A stretch of 64,000 nucleotides of DNA from a virus. The DNA is taken from the IMG/VR virus record IMGVR_UViG_3300043410_001024, positions 35,682 to 99,681 of that record, one strand, 5' to 3'. Made by a program: the position numbers and the translations under genes. Numbering within the stretch: position 1 is the stretch's first letter; every line of letters begins with the position of its first letter. Below, piece by piece: positions 19,952-30,786 of the stretch. A model generated the notes under the pieces. That model was not told the DNA's origin. It worked only from the letters and a program-made list of their open reading frames with translations, and did not search any database.

Positions 19952-22900
19952 TTACGTCCAGCTTTGCTTAAAATAATTCATTGCTAACATGGTACCAGTA
20001 ACACCGTTTTTGAAATTCATTTTATTGTTAATCTTAACGGCACCAGAGGTAGTTGAACCAATTTTATATGGTCCAATTTGAACAGTACCTGCGGTAAGAA
20101 CTGATGTTTGTGCGTTAGCGCCGCCAGCACTAATCGCTCTAGCAACATATGTTTTAATCGCACGTTCAGTTGGAACAATACTATCACTATTTGCAACAAA
20201 ATAGGAATCAGTTGAAAATTGGGAAATTGATACTTGGTTTACACCAACTTGTACTCCACCTAATGATAAAGATGTTATTCCATTTAAGTTAAATAAATCA
20301 GCTGAAACAGTAACAATACCAGTTGCCTGTTGTACACCAAACAATCCACCAACATTAAAGTTACCATCTTGGTCAGTTGAGGTTACGAATACTCGACCTA
20401 GGTTATTTTCTTGAACTTGCTTAAATGATGCGGCGGTTGTAACATCAACATTTGGATAATTAGTGGTTGTTTTATTACCAGTACCAATTAATAAAAAGTC
20501 ATGACCAGTTAATCTTACTTGGCTGTATTTCTGTCTAATAGATACCGATGTACCGTGAACCGGTGTTAATGCACGATCAATAGCTGGGCTAATCTGAAGT
20601 GTGTATGATGAGAATATATCAGTAGGTGGGGTGAAATTCTTGGTATATCTTGCAAAATTTGATATTCTCAAATTATCCATATAACCAACAAATCCTAAAC
20701 TTGTACCACCGACTCTATCAAGTTTTAATGAGGTGGTTGATAATGCCCCCATACTTCCATATTCTATACCGTTTACAAACACACGAATCGTATTACCATA
20801 TTTAACAACAGCATAATGCGCCCATTGGTTGATGGTATCCGGTATTGTAAACATACCAGTAACATCAGCTAATTGTACCCGCCAAGTTGTACTATTTCCA
20901 TACCATCCGATAGCTTCTGAACCAGCAACTTGGGTAACCATAGTATAACTACCGCCAGCCACAGCTGTTCTTTTTAACCACACCTCCCAAGTAAAATCAC
21001 TAGAAATAGTAATTTGTGTAAATGCAAAATTGCCACCAATCGGTGGGAAATATAAAGATCCCGAACCAGTGTATTTTTCGGCATTACTAACAGTCACTCG
21101 ATCAACAATATTACTCATTGATACTTGCGATAATGAATGATCAAGTAAATCATCGCCAGTTAAAAATAGCACAACATTACTAAAATATGGGTCAGGGGGT
21201 GTTGCCGACACGCTAACGACTTTATATTTTGTTGAATCATTAGCAACCACTAAACTTGAACCCAAACTAGGTTGATAAGTTAGATTACTAACGGTTAAGT
21301 ATTTTGATGTTTGATTTATGTCCGCATACCCACTTCCACCGATAATTTTACAAGTGGTGGTCGATGTTTGATATTTGGACCCACGCGAGATAAACGACGG
21401 GTTGCCTAAAACACCGTTACCCGTGCGACAAGTTAGCACCGCTGCGGTTGTTGCATTTGGATCTGTAATTGTTACCACTGCTGAACCAGCTGTATATCCT
21501 TGCATATAAACTGATGCAACTGTTTGAGATACATTAACCGTGTAACTATTCCCAGCTATACCGGTTGCGGCAGCAGTTTGACTGATATTAATGGTATATC
21601 TTATTCCAGAAATAATTGTCGAAGTTTGGGTAACTGATGCACTTACAGTCCAAGTACTGTTAATACCAGCCCCACTAATATTTGAAACTATATACGTTCC
21701 AGTTGGGATAGCACCGCCGGTGAGTGTCATACCTGCATATATAACCCCGGACGTCATTGCTGATACTGTAAGTGTGGTACCAGATATAGAACCTGTAAAT
21801 ATAGCTGAATCAGAACCAGTAATTGTAGAACCAGACACAATCCCGTTTCCAGATAGTACAAGTCCAGTTGTAATGATTCCACTAGTAATATTTGTAATAG
21901 TTAAACTAAAATTAGATATGAAACCAACGAAAGTTGCACTATTCTGAGCTGTTATTGATGTATTTGCTGAAATATTACCATACGCACCACCCAATAACAT
22001 TCCAACAAGCGGATTGGTTAACGAGCTAACCGATGTTACTGATAACGTTGTTCCGGTAATACTTCCTGTAAATTGTGATATTGACGGATCAGATAGATAT
22101 CCACTACCAGGATTCCATAGTTTAATACCACCAATCTTTCCTGATGCGGTAATTACTCTACCAACAGCTGGGGTTCCCAACGTAATAGCTTGGGTATTAC
22201 CAGTCGTATCAATAACAATGGCGGTTGGTACATTTGAAATAGAACCAATGGCGACATTATTCCATAGGTTATTTGGTAATGTTTGTAATACCCATACAAT
22301 ACCGTCCGTACTGGTTGCTGAATTAACTGAATTAGATATAGCAAAGAACATACCGTGATTATAGGTGATATTCGTCCATGCTGCACTAATAGGCAATGTT
22401 GACGCAACCCATGTAATTCCATCTAATGAGTATACAGCATTGGTTCCACTATTTGCGATTGCAACAAATCTACCGTTACCATATATTAAACTTGCCCAAG
22501 TTGCGGTCGTTGGTAATGTTACTGTGTCCCATGTTATTTCAGTTGCCGAATATGAAACTTGGTTTGTATTCCCAGATGCGAATGAAACATATATACCAGC
22601 ACCATACGCAATAGGACCGCCAGCAACGGATGGTGAACCCAACGCGGTCCATGTTATTCCATTAGTCGATGTAAGCAATTCAGTGGTACTGTTGGTTGAT
22701 GAATATCCTAGTGACTGAATATACGCGGATGCAGATGAACCTATTTCAAGCTGTACACCCCAGAAATATATACCAGATACACCATCTCCTAAAAATCCAT
22801 AATTACCGTTTGACAGATATAATGCAATATAAGTGGCTGTGACATTTAACGTAAAGGTAAAAGAGCATCTATACCAACCATTATCAAGTGGCGTTACCGA

Positions 22901-25900
22901 ATAAGAAAGCGGTGTTCCTTCACCAGGATTAAAGTCCATCGTTGCTGTTAACGACGATAAATTAAAATCAGCAACAACCGAACCATTAACACTCAATCTA
23001 AAACGTTTTGATGCATAATCATCACTTTTTACAAATACCGATGCGGTATATGGGACGTTATCAGTAATAGAATAGTATCCAGATTGAATGTAGTGAGTAG
23101 ATGTAACTGCGGTAGCAACAACTTTATCAGCGGTCATATTACCATCAGGTGCGATAGCAGCATTTGAGACAACCGTGGTCTGTGATAGGGTTGGCCATCT
23201 AGTGGCGTTGGCCAAATCCTCAGATCTTCCTGTTATATTAGTTCTGGTTGCATTAAAACTGACAAATGCAACTTTAGATCCTGCAGCAATAATTGGCGTG
23301 TTTGAACCCGACGGCCGCAACGTTCCACTGGTCCATACCATCCCATCCGTTGAATATCCGTATACATTTCCAGAATTATTGATGGCAACGAATGTGTTAG
23401 ATGCACCCGCAAATGCGACCGTTGGCGAATTGAATCCCACTGTTCCAGTCCCAGTTGCCCACGAACTACCAGTGGTTGAGTATGCCATAACCCCAGAAGC
23501 GATTCCGCCAACCGTGACAAATTTACCATTACCATATGCAATTGCCGAGGTATTAGCAGCAGAACTAGTTGCGGTTAATGTAATTGGTGGTGTTGAGAAA
23601 GTAACACGCGGTTCGATACTGTATACAGTTGTTGAATCCAATACGGATGCAATAGTTGTTCCAGGAATAACATGATCCCATCCAGCAATACCAGTGCTTT
23701 CTTTATAAATAGTTGCAACTTTACTAACAGAATTATATGATTGAATATATCCATATTGTCCCACCCCAGTACCGCTGGTTATAATAATTCTCATACCAAC
23801 GTAATTCGCTGAGGTTCTTTGATCATTGGATGCAATAGTAATAGTTGTTGATGTACCGCTTTGTGCTTGGTTCCCACCAGTAAGGTACCCATTACCACCT
23901 GCACTATATGTGGAACCAGTAACAAATGCTTCGAATATTGCATTATCTCTAAATTCATCAAACAGAACCGATACACCAGTACCAGCACCGCTAAATGTTG
24001 CATATGGCTGCGATTGTAATGAATATCCTTGTCCAGCATTTGAATATTCTAACACTAAAATTTTATCTTGTGCCTGTCCTGCAAAGGATGACGCAACTTG
24101 TGCATTTTGGGTTCTATTGTTAACCGCACCAATTAATGGGCTTTCATTTGGGTCATATCCTTCAGCAACTGTACCGTAAGTACCATAAGAACTATTACCG
24201 TTAGTTGCACGAATTTTCCCACCATTTTCAGACAAGTAACCAATGTGGCCATAATACGAAAATACGGATACCAATTCGGTCAAGGCTCCACTACCGGTAC
24301 ACCAAACACCAATCCCATCACTTAAAATTTGTGTAAAATCGTTTGCAACAACTGAACGATTACCACCATTGTGTAATGTACTATCGACTTTTAAACCAAC
24401 ACATCCTGACCCAAATGTAGATACATTTTGAACATATGGTGATTTCGTGGTAATCCAAACTGATGAATCAGTCGGTCCTGTACCTGGGTCTAAACTAACA
24501 TATGCACCAGCGGTTGGGCGGCTTGTGCCATATGAATTGGCTGCACCTAATGTTCCTGATAAACCAGATAAGGTCATATTTCTAATTCCAGAACCATTTC
24601 TAACATAGAACATATTTGATGTTGTGTATCCACTTGCTGGCTGGACTACTGTGCTTCTAATTTCATCGCCAACTAATTCTAATCCAGCAACCACCGTAAT
24701 TGGTAATATTTCACTGTAAGTACCAGTTTTAATAAACAAGGTTGCACTTGGTACATTTAAACTTGCAATATAATCACACGCATATTTTATTGTTTTAAAC
24801 GGTTGGTCTAAAGTGGTTCCTTTTGTTGTTGCATCGGTACCAGTTGGTGCCACGTAAAATACATTAGAGGTTACACCAAATTTTTCCCAATATGGCAATG
24901 TATTTGATTTATAAGTGGTTCCATCCGCACCTATATGAACTGGAATATATGTACTTTGGTATGTTATCGTGTCACCAGTTGCCGTCATTGGTTCATTAAC
25001 CGCACCACTAATCAATAAATTCCAATATGTGTTAGTCGTATCGGCAATCGGGTTATTACTAGAACTTGAGGTGTGCTTTAAAATACATCTATAGGTCGAT
25101 GTATTATACGAGACTAAATCACCAAGTACATATGTATTATTAGCGAGCCACGCGCCATGCCATTCATTACCGGATATAACTAAAGTCCAAAAGCCAGTAT
25201 TAGTTGTTTCTGTATTTAAATTATCTAAAATACAAACATATAGCTGTCCATTACGTCTTACCACATCACCAACATAATACTGAATGGATGATACCCAATC
25301 CCCTTTAATTCTAAACCCGGTGGTTAATAATGTCCAGTCAGATGGGCTAGCACTCGGAACTGCATCAGTATTATGAGTTTTACTAATATAATTGTAGCCG
25401 CCGTAACCAACGATATCACCGGGAGCATAATTGTATGTTATAATTTCAATAAACTGTATTTGTATCAATGATGCTATAGTTGTTGCATTAATAGTGTTTA
25501 ACCTAATATCAATACCTTCTTCTATTATAAATTTATAGATAGTACCATTGAATTGTACAATATCATTATGTCTATACCATACACTTGGTAACCACTCACT
25601 AGGAGAAAGTGAGGTAGAAGAAAGCCAGGCGTCTCTAAATTTTACACCTGGTACATATAACGTCCAGTTAATTGTTTGAAATGTTGCAATAGAGGTGTGG
25701 TCGGTTGTACATAACCAAATATCAGCACCGTACTTTACAATGTCTTTAGCTTTATAAACAGTTGATGCAGTCCAAGTGTATTTGTAATCTATACCTTGAG
25801 TAACAATTTCCCATCCCCAACTTGGAAACCCAATTAGTGGGTCTGCCTGATGCGTAACTATACATCTATAAATAGTTCCGCCATATCTTGTAATATCGCC

Positions 25901-26338
25901 TTTTTGGTATGCAGTAGTAACCAACCATTCGCCTCTCCAATTATCAGTTTTAAGATAAACTGACCATTTTGATGAATCGGTGGTTAATCCTGAGAGATCA
26001 TCAATATGTGCGGTAGAAGTATGCGAGGTAAGACAAATGTACAAGAAACCATTATATCTAACTATATCACCTTGGTTATAAAACGTCGAAAAATTCCAAC
26101 TACTTTTCCATGCATACCCATCAAACCACAAAGTCCAATATGGTTGGGCGGTATCTGGTTCTGTCAAAGTATTAATATGATTCAAATCTGTGTAAAAATT
26201 TGGGCTAGCGGTGTGACCTACTAAACAAACGTATGATTTCCCACCATAACGAACGATATCGTCTTTTATATATAATGTACTAGCAGTCCAGTCACCTTTC
26301 CAGGTAAATCTTATTCTATCTAATTTAAATTCAGCCAT
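19952..26338 (-). CDS. Giant tail fibre / virion structural protein B (2128 aa), paralogue of A, with LamG-like domain
   Basis: Same MAEFKL.RIRF.WKG.W start and shared core blocks as A. Carries a concanavalin-A/LamG-like segment (DFTWEVW...WAHYAVV...FVNG...GYMDNLRIS..ARY..NFTPP). Confidence 0.75.
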   Translation of the reverse strand: MAEFKLDRIRFTWKGDWTASTLYIKDDIVRYGGKSYVCLVGHTASPNFYTDLNHINTLTEPDTAQPYWTLWFDGYAWKSSWNFSTFYNQGDIVRYNGFLYICLTSHTSTAHIDDLSGLTTDSSKWSVYLKTDNWRGEWLVTTAYQKGDITRYGGTIYRCIVTHQADPLIGFPSWGWEIVTQGIDYKYTWTASTVYKAKDIVKYGADIWLCTTDHTSIATFQTINWTLYVPGVKFRDAWLSSTSLSPSEWLPSVWYRHNDIVQFNGTIYKFIIEEGIDIRLNTINATTIASLIQIQFIEIITYNYAPGDIVGYGGYNYISKTHNTDAVPSASPSDWTLLTTGFRIKGDWVSSIQYYVGDVVRRNGQLYVCILDNLNTETTNTGFWTLVISGNEWHGAWLANNTYVLGDLVSYNTSTYRCILKHTSSSSNNPIADTTNTYWNLLISGAVNEPMTATGDTITYQSTYIPVHIGADGTTYKSNTLPYWEKFGVTSNVFYVAPTGTDATTKGTTLDQPFKTIKYACDYIASLNVPSATLFIKTGTYSEILPITVVAGLELVGDEIRSTVVQPASGYTTSNMFYVRNGSGIRNMTLSGLSGTLGAANSYGTSRPTAGAYVSLDPGTGPTDSSVWITTKSPYVQNVSTFGSGCVGLKVDSTLHNGGNRSVVANDFTQILSDGIGVWCTGSGALTELVSVFSYYGHIGYLSENGGKIRATNGNSSYGTYGTVAEGYDPNESPLIGAVNNRTQNAQVASSFAGQAQDKILVLEYSNAGQGYSLQSQPYATFSGAGTGVSVLFDEFRDNAIFEAFVTGSTYSAGGNGYLTGGNQAQSGTSTTITIASNDQRTSANYVGMRIIITSGTGVGQYGYIQSYNSVSKVATIYKESTGIAGWDHVIPGTTIASVLDSTTVYSIEPRVTFSTPPITLTATSSAANTSAIAYGNGKFVTVGGIASGVMAYSTTGSSWATGTGTVGFNSPTVAFAGASNTFVAINNSGNVYGYSTDGMVWTSGTLRPSGSNTPIIAAGSKVAFVSFNATRTNITGRSEDLANATRWPTLSQTTVVSNAAIAPDGNMTADKVVATAVTSTHYIQSGYYSITDNVPYTASVFVKSDDYASKRFRLSVNGSVVADFNLSSLTATMDFNPGEGTPLSYSVTPLDNGWYRCSFTFTLNVTATYIALYLSNGNYGFLGDGVSGIYFWGVQLEIGSSASAYIQSLGYSSTNSTTELLTSTNGITWTALGSPSVAGGPIAYGAGIYVSFASGNTNQVSYSATEITWDTVTLPTTATWASLIYGNGRFVAIANSGTNAVYSLDGITWVASTLPISAAWTNITYNHGMFFAISNSVNSATSTDGIVWVLQTLPNNLWNNVAIGSISNVPTAIVIDTTGNTQAITLGTPAVGRVITASGKIGGIKLWNPGSGYLSDPSISQFTGSITGTTLSVTSVSSLTNPLVGMLLGGAYGNISANTSITAQNSATFVGFISNFSLTITNITSGIITTGLVLSGNGIVSGSTITGSDSAIFTGSISGTTLTVSAMTSGVIYAGMTLTGGAIPTGTYIVSNISGAGINSTWTVSASVTQTSTIISGIRYTINISQTAAATGIAGNSYTVNVSQTVASVYMQGYTAGSAVVTITDPNATTAAVLTCRTGNGVLGNPSFISRGSKYQTSTTTCKIIGGSGYADINQTSKYLTVSNLTYQPSLGSSLVVANDSTKYKVVSVSATPPDPYFSNVVLFLTGDDLLDHSLSQVSMSNIVDRVTVSNAEKYTGSGSLYFPPIGGNFAFTQITISSDFTWEVWLKRTAVAGGSYTMVTQVAGSEAIGWYGNSTTWRVQLADVTGMFTIPDTINQWAHYAVVKYGNTIRVFVNGIEYGSMGALSTTSLKLDRVGGTSLGFVGYMDNLRISNFARYTKNFTPPTDIFSSYTLQISPAIDRALTPVHGTSVSIRQKYSQVRLTGHDFLLIGTGNKTTTNYPNVDVTTAASFKQVQENNLGRVFVTSTDQDGNFNVGGLFGVQQATGIVTVSADLFNLNGITSLSLGGVQVGVNQVSISQFSTDSYFVANSDSIVPTERAIKTYVARAISAGGANAQTSVLTAGTVQIGPYKIGSTTSGAVKINNKMNFKNGVTGTMLAMNYFKQSWT

Positions 26339-26349
26339 GTATTATCTCA

Positions 26350-26706
26350 TTATATTCCACTTGGGTACTGATATTTCATATCAGTACGTATTACTAAATT
26401 TCCAGAACTGTCAATATAGTAATATATGTTTCTGTCATCCCAACGATATTGTTCATAATTTAAATTTTCATATGTTAAATTATGATATACGTCTCTACCT
26501 TCAAAAAAATCAACACCAGTTTCAAACTCGGTGAAATTATCGGCTGGGTCACCTTCATTGTTAATTGTAATCGAATCAACTCTGCTTAATTGATTGATTT
26601 TAGCTAGGTAAAGTTCACCATCATCAGTTCTGCGAAATGCATAAAGGTAGTTAGGACTATCCCCTTTCAAATCTGATTTTTCATTACCTAAAAAATAATT
26701 ACTCAT
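26350..26706 (-). CDS. Conserved small virion protein (118 aa from ATG 26706)
   Basis: SD AAGGA before MSNYFLG; Y..RRTDDGELYL...YEQYRWDDRNIYYYID..G.LV.R. Confidence 0.7.
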   Translation of the reverse strand: MSNYFLGNEKSDLKGDSPNYLYAFRRTDDGELYLAKINQLSRVDSITINNEGDPADNFTEFETGVDFFEGRDVYHNLTYENLNYEQYRWDDRNIYYYIDSSGNLVIRTDMKYQYPSGI

Positions 26707-26716
26707 TGTATTATCC

Positions 26717-27046
26717 TTATACGATTTCAGCATAACTGATAATTACATCAACACTTGATGTGGTATCACTTACGATTTTGAATAGACAGTTTTCTGCTAT
26801 CACTAGTTTTTCACCATTAGTAACAAGTTTTGCACTATTATATGGTGATATTTTTAATTGTTTTATAAAATATACTTCATTTAAACTTGGATCAACCATA
26901 GTTACGTCGATGAATACATCATCATCGGTAACATTTGCAACGTTGCATCCAATCACGGTATATCTGGTAATTCCAGTTGGGCTTAATAATGTAACTGCCG
27001 ATGTCCCAATTGATTTTTGTATTTTTGTTCTTAAAAAAGTTGCCAT
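26717..27046 (-). CDS. Small beta-sandwich virion adaptor protein (109 aa)
   Basis: TVIGCNVANV...Y.IK...I.P...L..GEKLVI....K.VSD...SVDVIISYAEI; same family as 13117..13437. Confidence 0.75.
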   Translation of the reverse strand: MATFLRTKIQKSIGTSAVTLLSPTGITRYTVIGCNVANVTDDDVFIDVTMVDPSLNEVYFIKQLKISPYNSAKLVTNGEKLVIAENCLFKIVSDTTSSVDVIISYAEIV

Positions 27047-27050
27047 TTTG

Positions 27051-28841
27051 TTATCCGAAAATTAGTGCCGATGCTAATCCCATGTCTTCGGCGGTTGAAG
27101 CGGATATCCCGCCAGAGTTACCAGCAATACTAATCCATGAAACACCATCAAATATTTCAACCATCACCGATTGGGTATTGAAACGTATCATTCCAGTTTC
27201 AGTTACGGTTGGCCGATCATGTAAAGTATCACCACTTGGTATCACCACCCCGTTCACCCCAGTAAATTTTACATATCCAGTACCAGTTTGTAAAAATTCT
27301 GTGATAGCATTTGATGCAACATTAGTTATTGTGTTGGTGTTAACGGCTAGATTTCCAAATCTAACTCTACCAGTACCAGTCGTGGTTAAATTTATATCAG
27401 TGTTAGTTGCAATGGTACTAATGGTATTACCATTAATGTCCAAACTAGATGTTTGTATTTTTTGTGCAAACAATTTTGTACTATCAATAGTCGCGGTTAA
27501 GTTATTATTTGCATAAAAATATAAGGTATTATCATTTGCACCAGGGGTTGCTTCGGCTAATATTCTAGTATTACCACTATTATCAATTACCCCACTTAGT
27601 TGTAACCAATATCCATTATTATACCCTTCATATCTTGATAAGGTGGTATTATAGCGTATCATACCATTAGCTGGTGTCAATGGGCGTTGGACGGTCGTGC
27701 CAACTGGTATTGTTATACTGCGAGTACTGTTTATTACAACACCACCAGTTCCCTGTGTGGTTAATGTGATATTAGTATCAGTTGCAATACTTTGAATAGT
27801 ATTGTCCTGAACTTTTAATCCTTCTATTATTACGTTACCAGTACCATTTGCATATAATTCTAAATCAGTATTAGTTGGTGTGGTGTATATCGAATTACCA
27901 GTTATTGTTATTTGTGGTAATTGTAAATACCCGGTAGCTGTTATGTTGCCAGTAACGGTAGCAGTGCCACTAGTGGTGAAATTACCAGTTTGGTTAATGT
28001 TACCAGTTTGGCCGATATTTCCAGTTATGTTGACACTTTTTAATGATGAGGTACCAGTTGTTACGGTTAAGTCATTTGTTACAGTAAGACTTTGATCGAT
28101 TTGTACATTGTTACTAGGTATATAAATCCGGCCAGTACCATTGGCAATAAGTTGTAAATCATCATTTGCGTTGGTGGTACTAATCGTGTTACTGTCAATC
28201 ACCAATGTATCAACTTCAGCACGACTTACATAAACATTATTCCATCTATAAGTTGGGGTTCCCAAATCATAAGTTGCAGTAACTGATGGCACAATATCAC
28301 TGTTAATACCAGCCACAAACGTAACGGTGTCACTAGATTGATCGCCGATTGTAATGTTACCACCAATATGAACGTCGCCTGAAACATCCAAATTTCCAGT
28401 TGTGTATAAGTTTCCATTTACCAAGACTGGGGCATTTACAATAACAGTACCAGTCCCAGATGTACCCATAGTTAAATCTGAATTAGTGACAGTTGTCTGA
28501 ATTGCATTAGTTGAAATCTGTAAGTTATCATTTACTTTTAGTAAACTTTGATATACAACTGGATTCGGGGACGAAGGTGAAAATACAATAGTACTATCAG
28601 TACTAGAAATAACATTTGTCGCAAAGTTAAATGTTGCGATAGTTGATTGGGACGTGGCTTGGATATTTGTTGAGCGAGTGGTCCCGTTAATGGTTAAGTC
28701 ATTACTTGGGGTCGTTGTTTTTATGCCCACACGACCATTTTTAACATCTAAATATAATAAGTCGGTCTCAAAAGCAAGATCAATCCCATCCCTTAACAGG
28801 TTTGCTTTCAAGAGCGGACCTGAAATTCGACCAACGGCCAT
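27051..28841 (-). CDS. Fibre-like structural protein (596 aa)
   Basis: MAVGRISGPLLKANLLR start; repeated N.I....N.DL.L...GTG.V modules; P.GTT.QRP...GMIRYNT...EGY modules. Confidence 0.75.
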   Translation of the reverse strand: MAVGRISGPLLKANLLRDGIDLAFETDLLYLDVKNGRVGIKTTTPSNDLTINGTTRSTNIQATSQSTIATFNFATNVISSTDSTIVFSPSSPNPVVYQSLLKVNDNLQISTNAIQTTVTNSDLTMGTSGTGTVIVNAPVLVNGNLYTTGNLDVSGDVHIGGNITIGDQSSDTVTFVAGINSDIVPSVTATYDLGTPTYRWNNVYVSRAEVDTLVIDSNTISTTNANDDLQLIANGTGRIYIPSNNVQIDQSLTVTNDLTVTTGTSSLKSVNITGNIGQTGNINQTGNFTTSGTATVTGNITATGYLQLPQITITGNSIYTTPTNTDLELYANGTGNVIIEGLKVQDNTIQSIATDTNITLTTQGTGGVVINSTRSITIPVGTTVQRPLTPANGMIRYNTTLSRYEGYNNGYWLQLSGVIDNSGNTRILAEATPGANDNTLYFYANNNLTATIDSTKLFAQKIQTSSLDINGNTISTIATNTDINLTTTGTGRVRFGNLAVNTNTITNVASNAITEFLQTGTGYVKFTGVNGVVIPSGDTLHDRPTVTETGMIRFNTQSVMVEIFDGVSWISIAGNSGGISASTAEDMGLASALIFG

Positions 28842-28948
28842 ATGCTCTCCTTATCCACCGAGTTTCACGGCTAACCACCTTACATTGCGGGTATACACAG
28901 TTTCGTATCGTAGGATTTTTGGTCAAATCCCAACAGTATATGTATTTA
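28842..28948 (-). promoter_or_regulatory. Late promoter followed by ~100-nt structured 5' leader
   Basis: TAAATA 28943-28948; stems TGGGATTT/AAATCCTA, TATAC/GTATA, GCCG/CGGT; SD AAGGAG. Confidence 0.55.
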
Positions 28949-28962
28949 TGTTTTTTTGTGGT

Positions 28963-30777
28963 TTAACCGAAAATTAGGCTCATGAAGTTCATCGCGCTGT
29001 CAACCTCTTCCTCTGATGCGAGGCCAGCCCCGCCAATGGCGGGAATCCATATGGTACCATCGTACACTTCAGCATATCCAACTTGGGTATTGTATCTAAA
29101 TTCACCAACCTCCGGTGTAAGTCGTCGTTGGAAATTGTTACCGTATGGGATAACAATACCACCAGTTCCACCAAATTTAACATATCCGGTACCGGTGGAT
29201 GTCAAGTATAACGGAGTATTAAGTTGATTTATGACCTTTGAATTTTGAAATAGAACACCAGTTACGTTAACGTTACCAGTACCAGATGGTGTGAAATTTA
29301 AATCAGTTGCATCTTGTATGTTTGAAATAGTATTAGACGTTATTTGAATATTATCGACCACTATATTAGTCGATGATAACTTAGAAGAATCTATCGTGTT
29401 GTTGATAATATTGTTTGTACTAAATCTAATGATTTTATCATTCGCGGCGGGCGTTAATTCCGCCGTGATATAAGTGTTTCGGTCGGTGTCGTATAAATTA
29501 GAAAAACTTGCAAGGCCATTGTTTAAATAACCTTCAAATAGATTTGTTGATGAATTTAATCGGATTTCACCAACATTTGTTAAGGTTGAATTAGATTCAG
29601 ACGCATAAGGAATTGTTAAAAACAGTGTGTTTATTACCATCGCGCCCGTACCAGTCATATTGAAATTAATTCCTTGCTGGGCGGAGGTAACGGCATTTAA
29701 CCATCTATTGCTAATAGTGGTGTCCGTAAATTTAACCATATTGTCTAGTACAACACCACCAGTACCATTTGCTGAAAATACAAAATCAGAATTAGTTGCG
29801 GTTACAGAAATACGATTATTTAATATTTTTATATCGGGGACTTGTATATAAGATGAGGCATTTGTTACAACTATATTATTGTTAGCAAATGTACCAGTGA
29901 TATCAATTGAACCAGTTTGAGTTATATCACCAACTAGTGTCGTGGTACCATTGATATTAGTTGTCTTTAACGTTGTCAATCCGTTAACTGTAATTCCACC
30001 AATTGTCGTCAAACTATTGTTAACTTGAACGTCCGTGGTTTTCACAACTATTTTACCAGTACCTGATGCAACAAGTCTTATATCAGTATTGGTGGTAAGG
30101 GTTGATATGGTATTGTTGTATATCTGGGTAACGCCATCAACATCAACTAATTTTACATATGCAACATCCCAATATCGTGGGTCAGTACCTGAGTGGCCAA
30201 GAGTGTATGAACTATTTGCATTTGGTTTTATTGTTTGGGTCAAGCTCTGAGCCAGAGTAACCATATCAAATACATCATTGCCTAGGTATACATTACCATG
30301 TATTACAGCATCTTGTGTAATATCAACTAATCCGGTAACCCGTATATTATTATTGATATGAACACTGGTTGTATTGACGTTGAGTTTACCAGTTCCTAGC
30401 GTTGATATGGTGATATCATTATTTTGAACAGTGTTTAAAATATTATTACTAGTAATTTTTAAATTTGCTGTTTGCAACTCTGGGACAGTAACTAACGGGT
30501 TGGATGCCTGATTTGGTGTAACGTATATTCTACCAGTGGTATTCTGAATTGTATTTCCAAATATGGAGATACTTGCAAAATCCGCTTGGGTATCAACTAA
30601 TAAATTAGTCGTTACAATAGTAGAGTTAATGTTGAGTGTTCTGGTTGGGATATCTGTTCTAATACCCACGTACCCATTTATTACATCTAAAAAAAGTAAC
30701 GATGTGTCAAATGCTAAATTTTCACCGTTTCGTAATAAATTTTCTGATAATAATGGTCCACTAACTCTACCTGTCAT
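28963..30777 (-). CDS. Fibre-like structural protein (604 aa), paralogue of 27051..28841
   Basis: MTGRVSGPLLSENLLRNG start, same module order, ends ...MSLIFG. Confidence 0.75.
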   Translation of the reverse strand: MTGRVSGPLLSENLLRNGENLAFDTSLLFLDVINGYVGIRTDIPTRTLNINSTIVTTNLLVDTQADFASISIFGNTIQNTTGRIYVTPNQASNPLVTVPELQTANLKITSNNILNTVQNNDITISTLGTGKLNVNTTSVHINNNIRVTGLVDITQDAVIHGNVYLGNDVFDMVTLAQSLTQTIKPNANSSYTLGHSGTDPRYWDVAYVKLVDVDGVTQIYNNTISTLTTNTDIRLVASGTGKIVVKTTDVQVNNSLTTIGGITVNGLTTLKTTNINGTTTLVGDITQTGSIDITGTFANNNIVVTNASSYIQVPDIKILNNRISVTATNSDFVFSANGTGGVVLDNMVKFTDTTISNRWLNAVTSAQQGINFNMTGTGAMVINTLFLTIPYASESNSTLTNVGEIRLNSSTNLFEGYLNNGLASFSNLYDTDRNTYITAELTPAANDKIIRFSTNNIINNTIDSSKLSSTNIVVDNIQITSNTISNIQDATDLNFTPSGTGNVNVTGVLFQNSKVINQLNTPLYLTSTGTGYVKFGGTGGIVIPYGNNFQRRLTPEVGEFRYNTQVGYAEVYDGTIWIPAIGGAGLASEEEVDSAMNFMSLIFG

Positions 30778-30786
30778 TTATATTCC

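Noticed and set aside
13503-26338. Diversity-generating retroelement TR/VR pair among fibre genes
   Set aside because: No reverse transcriptase in the window, and the paralogue differences inspected are mainly synonymous rather than adenine-specific.
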